Of a stretch of DNA of 53,669 nucleotides, positions 46,006-53,669 are shown in pieces (position 1 is the first letter of the stretch; each line of letters begins with the position of its first letter). Origin of the DNA: a virus. The notes beneath the pieces are model-generated. The model did not search any database. It was not told the origin of the DNA and worked only from the letters and a program-made list of their open reading frames with translations. A program made the translations under genes and the position numbers. The stretch lies in IMG/VR virus record IMGVR_UViG_3300045988_178360; one strand, given 5' to 3'.

Positions 46006-46727
46006 TATTTCACCTCATCCAAATAATAATTTTTACTATTGATTGAACCATTATTTGTGACTTCTAATCTTTGAAATCCACATAAACTCATGTCTTTACC
46101 TTGATTATGTGCATAACTATTCTCATAATTTAGGAAATGTCCAGTAAAACAATAATACCTTCTTTTACCACCATTATAATCACGAATATATTTACTACTA
46201 AATTCGCTAAAATGATTATGCCCCATCATACACAAATCTGCATGAATACTACTCATATCCTGTATAAAACCTCTCATTGCTAATTGGGGACTTTTACTGA
46301 ATCGAGTACCATGCTTTCCATAAACAATTAAATCTTTACCATTGATTTCTAATTTATCAAAGAAATCATTACTTGTATACTCTGCACTCAATCTTTCAGC
46401 TATAATTTTAGTCGCATCAAGATTAAAATCTTTCTTTGTTCTTCTTTCATGATTTCCAGTTGCACAAAACCGAACATACTTTTTGTGTGGTCTGAATAAA
46501 TCAATAACTTGTTGCACAGAATCCTCTGTACTCATAGAGCTGTCAAATGCACCAATTCGTGAAGAAGGATTGTCAATCAAATCACCTAACAAGTAAATGC
46601 ATTTGTTTTTACTTGTTTCTCTGAATGTTTTATCCCAAAATTTGAAAAATTCATTATTGAATTTCTCATGACCTAAATGAAGGTCACTGACTGGGAATAT
46701 GTAAAATTTACCTTTAGCCACACTCAC
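46005..46727 (-). CDS. Calcineurin-like metallophosphoesterase (Mre11/SbcD-type or Ser/Thr phosphatase)
   Basis: Motifs DLHLGH, GDLID, GNHE and GHNH appear in the canonical order. Confidence 0.6.
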   Translation of the reverse strand: MSVAKGKFYIFPVSDLHLGHEKFNNEFFKFWDKTFRETSKNKCIYLLGDLIDNPSSRIGAFDSSMSTEDSVQQVIDLFRPHKKYVRFCATGNHERRTKKDFNLDATKIIAERLSAEYTSNDFFDKLEINGKDLIVYGKHGTRFSKSPQLAMRGFIQDMSSIHADLCMMGHNHFSEFSSKYIRDYNGGKRRYYCFTGHFLNYENSYAHNQGKDMSLCGFQRLEVTNNGSINSKNYYLDEVK

Positions 46728-47080
46728 TTTCCCCTAAACAACAATTTACCTAACCAGTTTAACTCAAACTTGTCTTTCCAATCTTCTAATAACCTAACAC
46801 GATTATGTAGTTCAGTTACTTCTTCTTGTATTGTTTGTCTTTTATCTTCAAACACTACTTCATCATCTTCAAAACGATTGATGAAGTTCCTAATAGTTGA
46901 AGTACTTACTTTTGTGGAGTGAAAATTCTCCGCTTCATAAATTTCCTGTGGAGAATACCCTAAAGCATGACATTGAATAATTCTTTCTGCTTCACGCCTT
47001 GTTAACCAGTATCGCTTCCCTTTATTATTCTCGTTCTTAAAACATTCCTCTTCTTCGTTCCAAATCAATTTCATCTTCAA
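46724..47080 (-). CDS. Putative HTH regulator (118 aa)
   Basis: WLTRREAERIIQCHALGYSPQEIYEAE resembles an HTH. Confidence 0.3.
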   Translation of the reverse strand: MKMKLIWNEEEECFKNENNKGKRYWLTRREAERIIQCHALGYSPQEIYEAENFHSTKVSTSTIRNFINRFEDDEVVFEDKRQTIQEEVTELHNRVRLLEDWKDKFELNWLGKLLFRGK

Positions 47081-47198
47081 TAGCCTCTTTAATTATTGCT
47101 GGAGAGATAGGTTCACAGAAACCACCAATACTCTTGATTATCTCCCCATCATTCAATATCCACCATTTCCCATTAATATACTCCACTTCATAAACCAT

Positions 47199-47861
47199 CT
47201 AACCAATTTCTCCAATTATTTTATCAGCAGTTTTCGAACCAATACCATTGATTCCCACCAAATCCTCTTTAGTAACCTCCAATAAATCTCTTAAACTTTC
47301 TAATCGCAAATGCTCCTTAATAAGAATTGCTTTCTTCGTACTAATAGTATCAATACAACATAAGAATGTTCCCACACTATCACTCATTTTACAAACTGGT
47401 TTTTCGATAGGTTCATGCTTATCTTTTGCTAAAATATTCTTTGCAAGATAAGTCATAATAGTGAATGCTTGATTCTTATTTTCAACCATTATTACTTTAT
47501 CATGCTCCAACAATGTTGCTAAAGCACCTAACAAGTTTTTCATAGTAAACTCCTTTAAAGAAGTTTTTTTCCTAATAAAATACTGGTTTTTTAAGTGCTG
47601 ATACACATTACCGACAATGATAATATAACTGAATGGATATTGCCTCATTCTTTGAGTTTGTTTGAAAATCCTCCTGTCCATGATACTGGACACAAAATCA
47701 GAAGGTGTTTTCCATTCAAAGACCAATTTATCGTTGAATAAGTAATCTCCAACTGGCAGTCTTGTTTGTTTTGTCTGCACATCATTCTCATTAAAGAACT
47801 TCATTGCTGATTCAATTCTTTTACTGTCTTCACGATCATCTATTTTACAGCAGAAGTTCAT
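47199..47861 (-). CDS. ERCC4/XPF-Hef-Mus81 family nuclease with C-terminal HhH
   Basis: VGDY…VFEWKTPSDFVSSIMDRRIFKQ matches the ERCC4 ERKx3D…GR…Q motif. The C-terminal GINGIGSKTADKI is a helix-hairpin-helix. Confidence 0.55.
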   Translation of the reverse strand: MNFCCKIDDREDSKRIESAMKFFNENDVQTKQTRLPVGDYLFNDKLVFEWKTPSDFVSSIMDRRIFKQTQRMRQYPFSYIIIVGNVYQHLKNQYFIRKKTSLKEFTMKNLLGALATLLEHDKVIMVENKNQAFTIMTYLAKNILAKDKHEPIEKPVCKMSDSVGTFLCCIDTISTKKAILIKEHLRLESLRDLLEVTKEDLVGINGIGSKTADKIIGEIG

Positions 47862-48859
47862 ATTATCCTCCCATTTTCATCGAATTCTACAAGCCCTTTC
47901 TTCTTCAAAGTCCATATATTTCCTTTTTCTCCACAGGCACTGCAACTAAACCATTCTTTAGTTATTAATAAACTTGGTTTGTTGTCATTATGCCATGGGC
48001 ATTTCATATAACCATATCCTCGGTCATATACTTTAATTTCTTCTCCAGTTACCTGTGGCAGGACTTCTCGTAAGTCATTTGCTTGAATTGGGTCTGATAA
48101 CCCATCTATTTTTAACTTTTTAATTCTCCTTTTTTTATTTAGTTCAACTATTTCGCACTTACTATGTGCATATCTTAATGCTCTATGTTGCTTTTCAGTA
48201 GGTTCTTGCATTTCCTTAAAAGAACCTTCAATTATTCTACAAGTTTTATGTGAACTTGGATGTTTACTGCCAATTAAACGAATATTTCCAGTCAAGCCTG
48301 CATTAGTATTCACATCATCCAATGTAGATAATTCAAGATGTGACTCTTGCAAACTTGTTGAAAATATCAGACAATGAACAAACTCTGAAAAAAATTTATT
48401 CCAATCATTAATTCCTCTTTGCTCATCTTCAGCATTAGCAAACAATACTGGACTTATTTGAATGTAAAGATGATATCCTTTATTCCCAGACTCAACAATA
48501 ACACAATTATGCCCTTCCAAGGTTAATTTATTCTTTAGCCTTTCAACATCCTGAAAAGCAACAGCAATATCTTCAGAATCAAAATCAAGAATAATACATT
48601 CCACCATCCTATTTTTGGGATATTTTGTAATGTAAATATCCGAATTATCATCTTGATTTTGCAATGTTTTCTCAAATATTTTGCTGTTCCAATTTTTTCG
48701 TTGTTCAGCATAATCCTTATCACGATGTCTAATCGTGATTGTATGTTGCTTGTCTTTGAATAATTGACTATAATTCATCTGCAACACCATCCAAATAAGG
48801 TAAATCATTAACAATAGGTTCAACAGTTTCAAATAATGATTTTTTAGAAGCAGTATCAT
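47858..48859 (-). CDS. Primase-polymerase (PrimPol, archaeo-eukaryotic primase superfamily) with C-terminal zinc finger
   Basis: Motif I ILDFDSED, motif II SGNKGYHLYI, and a C-terminal CPWHND…CSACGEKG zinc motif. Confidence 0.6.
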   Translation of the reverse strand: MILLLKNHYLKLLNLLLMIYLIWMVLQMNYSQLFKDKQHTITIRHRDKDYAEQRKNWNSKIFEKTLQNQDDNSDIYITKYPKNRMVECIILDFDSEDIAVAFQDVERLKNKLTLEGHNCVIVESGNKGYHLYIQISPVLFANAEDEQRGINDWNKFFSEFVHCLIFSTSLQESHLELSTLDDVNTNAGLTGNIRLIGSKHPSSHKTCRIIEGSFKEMQEPTEKQHRALRYAHSKCEIVELNKKRRIKKLKIDGLSDPIQANDLREVLPQVTGEEIKVYDRGYGYMKCPWHNDNKPSLLITKEWFSCSACGEKGNIWTLKKKGLVEFDENGRII

Positions 48860-50645
48860 TTTTAAGGAAATCTAATAATTCATCAGAATTATCCGGATAT
48901 GTAACTGTAAACAATTTAACTGCTTTATCTAAAGCAGATTGTTTAAATTCTGGTATAACCTCCTCAACTGGTTTATCCATACCAGTATTCAAAGCATACA
49001 CATTCATATTCCCATGAGTAGATTTCCCCACTTTTACAAGAATCCCTTCATTATACAATGCTTGTAAACGATTACTTGCTTGTTTAGCACCACTTTTACG
49101 GAACCATTGCTTATTCCTATGCTTTTTCTTCAAAGATTCAACACTAAAAAGATAATCCTTCAAAAAAGCATCATCTTCATCAATCTTTGAATTATAAGCG
49201 AAGTTATCGTAGTCTTTTGAATCAGCATCTAAAGAATCAAGTATCCATTCTCTCACATCTGCATCAAAATCCTCTTTACTTAAAGTAGGTTGTTGAACTA
49301 TCTCATATGATTCAATCAAGCCATTTGCAAATTTTATTTCATCTGGCAAAAGATTTGATGAGCTGAATATGTTTAAAGCATTGATATTATCCTGTTTACT
49401 TGCAATCACAATCGGTGTTTGTTTCTTTGCAAATTGACTGTCAACATATATCTCATGAGACAACTCAAAAGGATGATGCAAACAAGTTACAATCTTCAAG
49501 ATAGCTTCATACTCCTGAATCTTCCTTGTGAAATCATCATGATTCTTCAAATGCTCCTCAATAGTGAACATATAAGGATTAAAAAAATCCATATCTTCCA
49601 CATTATAATTATAGGTAAATCCTTGAACACTTCGTGTAATATGTTTTATCAGGTTCAAAGAAGTGTAAAATTTACCTTTTGCTTCATGCACACTATTATA
49701 AATCATTAATTTCTCAGAGTCTAAAATTTGAGGTGTTAAAATAATTGACCTTGACTTTTCCTGATCATTAATTAACTCCTCATTTGCAGTTGTATATGAC
49801 AAGCAAGGATTTCCAGTTACGAACTGGTCTTCTTCTTCCATGCTGTCTTTATCAACAATACCTCTTTTCTTATACCCATCAGTCGTTAACTCCTTTAAGG
49901 TATCTCTCATTTCTATAGTATTGTTATTGTCAAAATCTCCACCTAAATCCCCCATAAAAAAGATGTGTCCACTTAAATCTTTTCCATTATATTTTCTGAA
50001 GAAATAAGCAACACTATCCACTCCTTTATGGACTCTTTCCTCAGGTATCATTGATAATGCATTTTCTAACATGAATGATTTTCCAGAAGCTTGATTTCCA
50101 ACTGCAATCACATTTGTTGCTTTTATACCAGTATAAGTTTGAAAATATCCAAAAAAAGCATTAATAATCTCCCTTGGATTCCCCACACCTAAACAATGGC
50201 TTGTTGCAACAATCAATTCTAAAGGAGTCATATTATACTCTGCACAGTAAGCATTAAAGGATGCTTCAAGAGTATCATATTTCTCCTGAATCTCTTTCTC
50301 CTTTTTCTGCTCTTCCTGAAAATCTTGTTGAGCAGTACTCTCCATATTAGCTTCCAATTCATTTTTTAACTGGATTAAATGTTTTCCTGCTCTGTCTTCA
50401 AGAATTGCAGAGTTCACATAACTTACATCACCCAACTCATCAATTAATTCTTTTTTTGCTTGTTGAGTTGCGTATTTTTTCAAATACTGATGTAACTCAC
50501 CCCCACCTACTTCTGTAGGTGAGGATTTACTATGAGCAACAATAGACACTCCATCATCGGTTTTTTCCTCATACCGATATGGTTTATCTTTTTTTTCAGT
50601 AGATACACATCTTAACTGCATATCCGCAATTGTCACCCATGTCAT
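48768..50645 (-). CDS. P-loop NTPase, putative replicative helicase / primase-associated protein (D5/P4-like)
   Basis: Walker A VGNQASGKSFML and Walker B-like IFFMGDLGGDFD. It lies directly upstream of PrimPol and overlaps it. Confidence 0.45.
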   Translation of the reverse strand: MTWVTIADMQLRCVSTEKKDKPYRYEEKTDDGVSIVAHSKSSPTEVGGGELHQYLKKYATQQAKKELIDELGDVSYVNSAILEDRAGKHLIQLKNELEANMESTAQQDFQEEQKKEKEIQEKYDTLEASFNAYCAEYNMTPLELIVATSHCLGVGNPREIINAFFGYFQTYTGIKATNVIAVGNQASGKSFMLENALSMIPEERVHKGVDSVAYFFRKYNGKDLSGHIFFMGDLGGDFDNNNTIEMRDTLKELTTDGYKKRGIVDKDSMEEEDQFVTGNPCLSYTTANEELINDQEKSRSIILTPQILDSEKLMIYNSVHEAKGKFYTSLNLIKHITRSVQGFTYNYNVEDMDFFNPYMFTIEEHLKNHDDFTRKIQEYEAILKIVTCLHHPFELSHEIYVDSQFAKKQTPIVIASKQDNINALNIFSSSNLLPDEIKFANGLIESYEIVQQPTLSKEDFDADVREWILDSLDADSKDYDNFAYNSKIDEDDAFLKDYLFSVESLKKKHRNKQWFRKSGAKQASNRLQALYNEGILVKVGKSTHGNMNVYALNTGMDKPVEEVIPEFKQSALDKAVKLFTVTYPDNSDELLDFLKNDTASKKSLFETVEPIVNDLPYLDGVADEL

Positions 50646-50647
50646 TT

Positions 50648-51256
50648 TTATTCAACCGCTTCAGGTGCTTCTCCGTTCTCACAAACCATAAAACTATATG
50701 GTTTGATTCCATCCATCTTTCCAGAATTACCATATTTCGCGGTAAACTCCAATCCTTCAAGATAATACTTCATTTCTGAAGCAGTTAAATTAATCCATTT
50801 TTTATCAGGAACTTCCACTCCATGAGTTTCCAATCCACATTTAATTAATGGATAAGCACTGCTTAAAGGACTGAAACCTAATAATGTTTCATCTCCGAGT
50901 TTACCTTCTTTTTTAACATTCTTCGCATTAAAAAAGAAAGTGACACATTCATTTGTAGCATCTAACTCTTCAGTTACAGGTATTTCAGCATCTGCAGATG
51001 CATTATACTCTGTTTTAACTTTATCGTTTTCATCAATAACTCTTCCCAAACATTTTTCCATGTCAAGAATGGTTATTTTGACGACAATCCCTAATTTGCC
51101 TGGGCTTCTGCCTTTGTAGGGTTTCCCTACTTTTTCCACACCTGCAGGAACTCCTTCTTCTTTGTACCAGTTCCTAATACTTGACAAGAACAATTTACTT
51201 GTTATTTTATCGGGAGTAAATGATTTATTCTCATCCCCTCCAGTAAATTCCACCAT
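50648..51256 (-). CDS. Hypothetical protein (202 aa)
   Basis: ORF only. Confidence 0.3.
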   Translation of the reverse strand: MVEFTGGDENKSFTPDKITSKLFLSSIRNWYKEEGVPAGVEKVGKPYKGRSPGKLGIVVKITILDMEKCLGRVIDENDKVKTEYNASADAEIPVTEELDATNECVTFFFNAKNVKKEGKLGDETLLGFSPLSSAYPLIKCGLETHGVEVPDKKWINLTASEMKYYLEGLEFTAKYGNSGKMDGIKPYSFMVCENGEAPEAVE

Positions 51257-51385
51257 TTTTTCCGCTCCTTTTATACTATTTAATAAAAAAATAAGGTTTT
51301 AAAAAAAATCAAACTCTTTTAAAACCTCTTGAAACTGAGTAATGAAAAACTCATTCATCAAAATTTATACTACTTTTTTAATAAT

Positions 51386-51709
51386 TTATATATAGAACAC
51401 AAAATCAAGTTCATTATTGAAATTAACCAATATTTCAAACTTAATTTCATATTCCTCAAAAATCGCACTGCTAAAACAAGTAATCTTCTTCATACCAGTT
51501 TTAACAAGTACTTGTGTTCCCCTTTTATCTACTTTAACAGAAATAGGAGTCACACCGAATTCATCCTTGAAAAGCTCATCGAACTTTTCACCAATCCACT
51601 TTACATTGCCATGCATTGCTTCACAGTTCTCATCGTAAAGTTTATTGAGTTCTTTACAATTTTCCCTGTAAATATGCACTGTTTCCTTATTAAAAACAAT
51701 ATCCGCCAT
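51386..51709 (-). CDS. Hypothetical protein (107 aa)
   Basis: Balanced composition. Preferred over the overlapping low-complexity plus-strand ORF. Confidence 0.35.
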   Translation of the reverse strand: MADIVFNKETVHIYRENCKELNKLYDENCEAMHGNVKWIGEKFDELFKDEFGVTPISVKVDKRGTQVLVKTGMKKITCFSSAIFEEYEIKFEILVNFNNELDFVFYI

Positions 51710-52704
51710 TTCACATCACCTGATGCAAAAGAAGATAGCTGTCGCTAACATAAAAACAGTTAACATAAAATAGATGACTCCAGAATAGTTTATCCTAAAA
51801 TTAAAACTATCCTTTTGAGGATAAAGACCATGTTTATTGTCCACCCTCCAAAAATCTGCTAAAGCAGTTAAAAAACCACTCATACCTTTACACTCTCCTT
51901 TTTAGTCAGAGAATGTGCATTTAAATTAGCTTTAGCTTCCGCTAACAGTAATTTAAACAATTTTTTATCTTGCTCTGATATAACATAACCTGAAATAGGT
52001 GTTACAGAGCCTTGTTTTAAATAATACCTTCTTACCACCTTCCAATTCTAATATACACAAAAAAACAAGTTATATGAAAGCTTCCACACAATCATACAAA
52101 TTTTTCCTATGTACACATACATATTTATCAAAACAAGTATATAAACTTTACCCCAATAGATAATTATATATACAAAAAATGAATAAATTATAACTTGCAC
52201 ATAATTTTCTGCTTTTTTTATACAAAAATATAAAGCTACCGTTCAAAAAAAAATTATTGTGCCTTGAGTTTAAAGATCATGTTTTTGTGAGTACTGTATC
52301 TTCCACAACAGGTTTGAAAGCAGAAACATGACTAAACTCATGTACACTAAAACACTAACAAAACCATAAAAAACATATCATCTATAATTTCCAATAAAAC
52401 ACCCTCAATTAAAACAATACTTGCAAGTGCAAGTACTCATTTAATCAACCATTCTTTTAATTAAAACACTTACTTCAAACACACCTTCCCACACAATGAC
52501 AAAATATAAATACTAACAAAACACAAAAAAAGATAATATGTGCAGAGTACCGCACATGTGATTAATAAATACATAGTTTAATCACGTCCTTTAAAAAAAT
52601 TTTTGGTGAAGTAGCTTTTGTGAAAAATGTTTTATACTTTTCTACATCTGTAATTTTACATTTTTCACCTACTTCGTTTTTTATTTTTCATAAATATAAC
52701 CTTG

Positions 52705-52956
52705 TTATTTTTTCAGAAACAACCTTGTTAAAATTGTTTCAATAGTTTCACCTTCTGTAATAGCATATTCCTTAATAAAAGAAACTGCTTCAGGTGAAAT
52801 AACCACATTTCGCCTGAACTGACCTTTTTCAAAATCAGAAACAGGAAAAGCCTTGAGAAGGCGGATAATGCACTTCTCAAAACTTTCATTTTCACGTTTT
52901 TGGGAGCTGATATAATGATACAACTCCATATTCACTTTAATAGGCATATAGCACAC
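52705..52956 (-). CDS. Possible ribbon-helix-helix-type regulator (83 aa)
   Basis: N-terminal IKVNMELYHYIS beta-strand then helix pattern. First genes of the minus-strand arm. Confidence 0.3.
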   Translation of the reverse strand: MCYMPIKVNMELYHYISSQKRENESFEKCIIRLLKAFPVSDFEKGQFRRNVVISPEAVSFIKEYAITEGETIETILTRLFLKK

Positions 52957-53199
52957 CTATTCATACTCAAATTTTGATAAATCATCAATTAAATCATCAA
53001 TGATTTTTTCAAAATCTGCATCAGGAGAAATATCCCATAATTCCAAATCTCTCCCATTTTTAATCCACAAATGGGATTGATTTACAGTTGCAACAAAAGC
53101 ATCCCATTCTTTAGGACAGGTATCTTTAAAGAATAAAGCTACTTTCCTACTTTTAACATCAAATGATGTATCAAATTTAATTCCTTTATACTCAAACAT
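52957..53199 (-). CDS. Hypothetical protein (80 aa)
   Basis: ORF only. Confidence 0.3.
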   Translation of the reverse strand: MFEYKGIKFDTSFDVKSRKVALFFKDTCPKEWDAFVATVNQSHLWIKNGRDLELWDISPDADFEKIIDDLIDDLSKFEYE

Positions 53200-53205
53200 A
53201 TTTAA

Positions 53206-53487
53206 TCACTCCTTTTTAATTTTTAAACCGTCATGGATTTCCAATACTTCTCCTGAAGCCATGCCTTCAGTTAATTCCAATAAATCTAACTGTTTTGTTT
53301 CTTCAATGAACTCTGCAAAGAATTCATTGTACTCCTCATCTTGAAAACTCCAACTTGACTGCTGAAGCACCCCAGTAGGTTCACCATTATCCCCCACCCA
53401 TTTCAACTCCCCATCATCATAGACCCAGAATTGAATATAAGATTCTTTATCATCTTCATTTTTTATCAAAGTATATAATTCACACAT
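53206..53487 (-). CDS. Hypothetical acidic protein (93 aa)
   Basis: ORF only. Confidence 0.3.
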   Translation of the reverse strand: MCELYTLIKNEDDKESYIQFWVYDDGELKWVGDNGEPTGVLQQSSWSFQDEEYNEFFAEFIEETKQLDLLELTEGMASGEVLEIHDGLKIKKE

Positions 53488-53576
53488 AAATAATCACTCC
53501 TTAATAACAATTTTTCATATTTCAAATATATATAATTTTCCAGAAATTCATGATCCAAAAATTTCCAGTTTTTCAG

Positions 53577-53669
53577 AATTTTCAAATTTTCAGAAAATGA
53601 AATTTTCCAGTTTTTCAGAAAACCGAAATTTCCAGAATTTCCAGATTTTCAAATTTTCAGAAAATGAAA
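53577..53669. repeat. Right copy of terminal direct repeat (or circular-contig overlap)
   Basis: Same sequence as 1-93, seen by direct comparison of the window ends. Confidence 0.8.

Noticed and set aside
44527-46922. Short plus-strand ORFs 44527-44778, 45033-45227, 45620-45844, 46677-46922, 47248-47451, 49419-49709 and minus 48535-48723
   Set aside because: Embedded antisense or out of frame inside recognizable replication and nucleotide-metabolism genes.
51329-51748. Plus-strand ORF overlapping 51386-51709
   Set aside because: Its low-complexity Asn/Ile/Phe-rich product and its orientation opposite to the whole arm make the minus-strand ORF the better call.
51750-52700. Second non-coding stretch (A+C-rich on plus strand) as a possible ncRNA or origin
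   Set aside because: I could find no clear repeats or structure beyond composition skew and one under-60-aa hydrophobic ORF (about 51722-51890, minus strand). It probably holds early promoters, and there is too little evidence to call a feature.

Overview
Overview: the window reads as the complete 53.7 kb genome of a temperate head-tail (siphovirus-like) archaeal virus. The two ends share a ~90-nt direct repeat (1-93 and 53577-53669), which indicates either true terminal redundancy or a circular genome whose contig ends overlap. Host inference: the likely host is an AT-rich Methanobacteriales methanogen such as Methanobrevibacter or Methanosphaera. This rests on three separate Cys-His-Asp (transglutaminase-like, Pei-type) putative pseudomurein endoisopeptidase domains, on archaeal-type replication genes (PrimPol, PCNA-like clamp, ERCC4/Hef-like nuclease), and on roughly 30% GC. 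Layout: two divergent arms meet at a 1.5 kb non-coding control region (about 2100-3600). The plus-strand arm (3602-35957) carries packaging, head, tail, lysis and integrase genes. These are terS, a terL whose N-terminal P-loop is split by a frameshift, portal, scaffold, capsid, a chaperone pair with a likely frameshift, a 1911-aa tape measure, large adhesin-like tail proteins, a Pei-like lysin and a tyrosine integrase. The minus-strand arm (53487-36350, continuing as 2053-102 if the genome is circular) carries replication and accessory genes. These include helicase, PrimPol, an ERCC4 nuclease, a metallophosphoesterase, a PCNA-like clamp, and a nucleotide cluster (dCTP deaminase, two P-loop kinases, a ThyA-like protein). 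It also carries a 2[4Fe-4S] ferredoxin, a tRNA-Leu(UAG), three tandem paralogs, AP2-like DNA binders and an extremely acidic end-proximal protein. Main leads, all unproven, are a possible DNA hypermodification cluster, a three-fold pseudomurein-protease arsenal, a repeat-rich control region that may hold pac, ori or attP, and the terL frameshift. All functional calls come from motif recognition by eye without database searches, so treat them as hypotheses.
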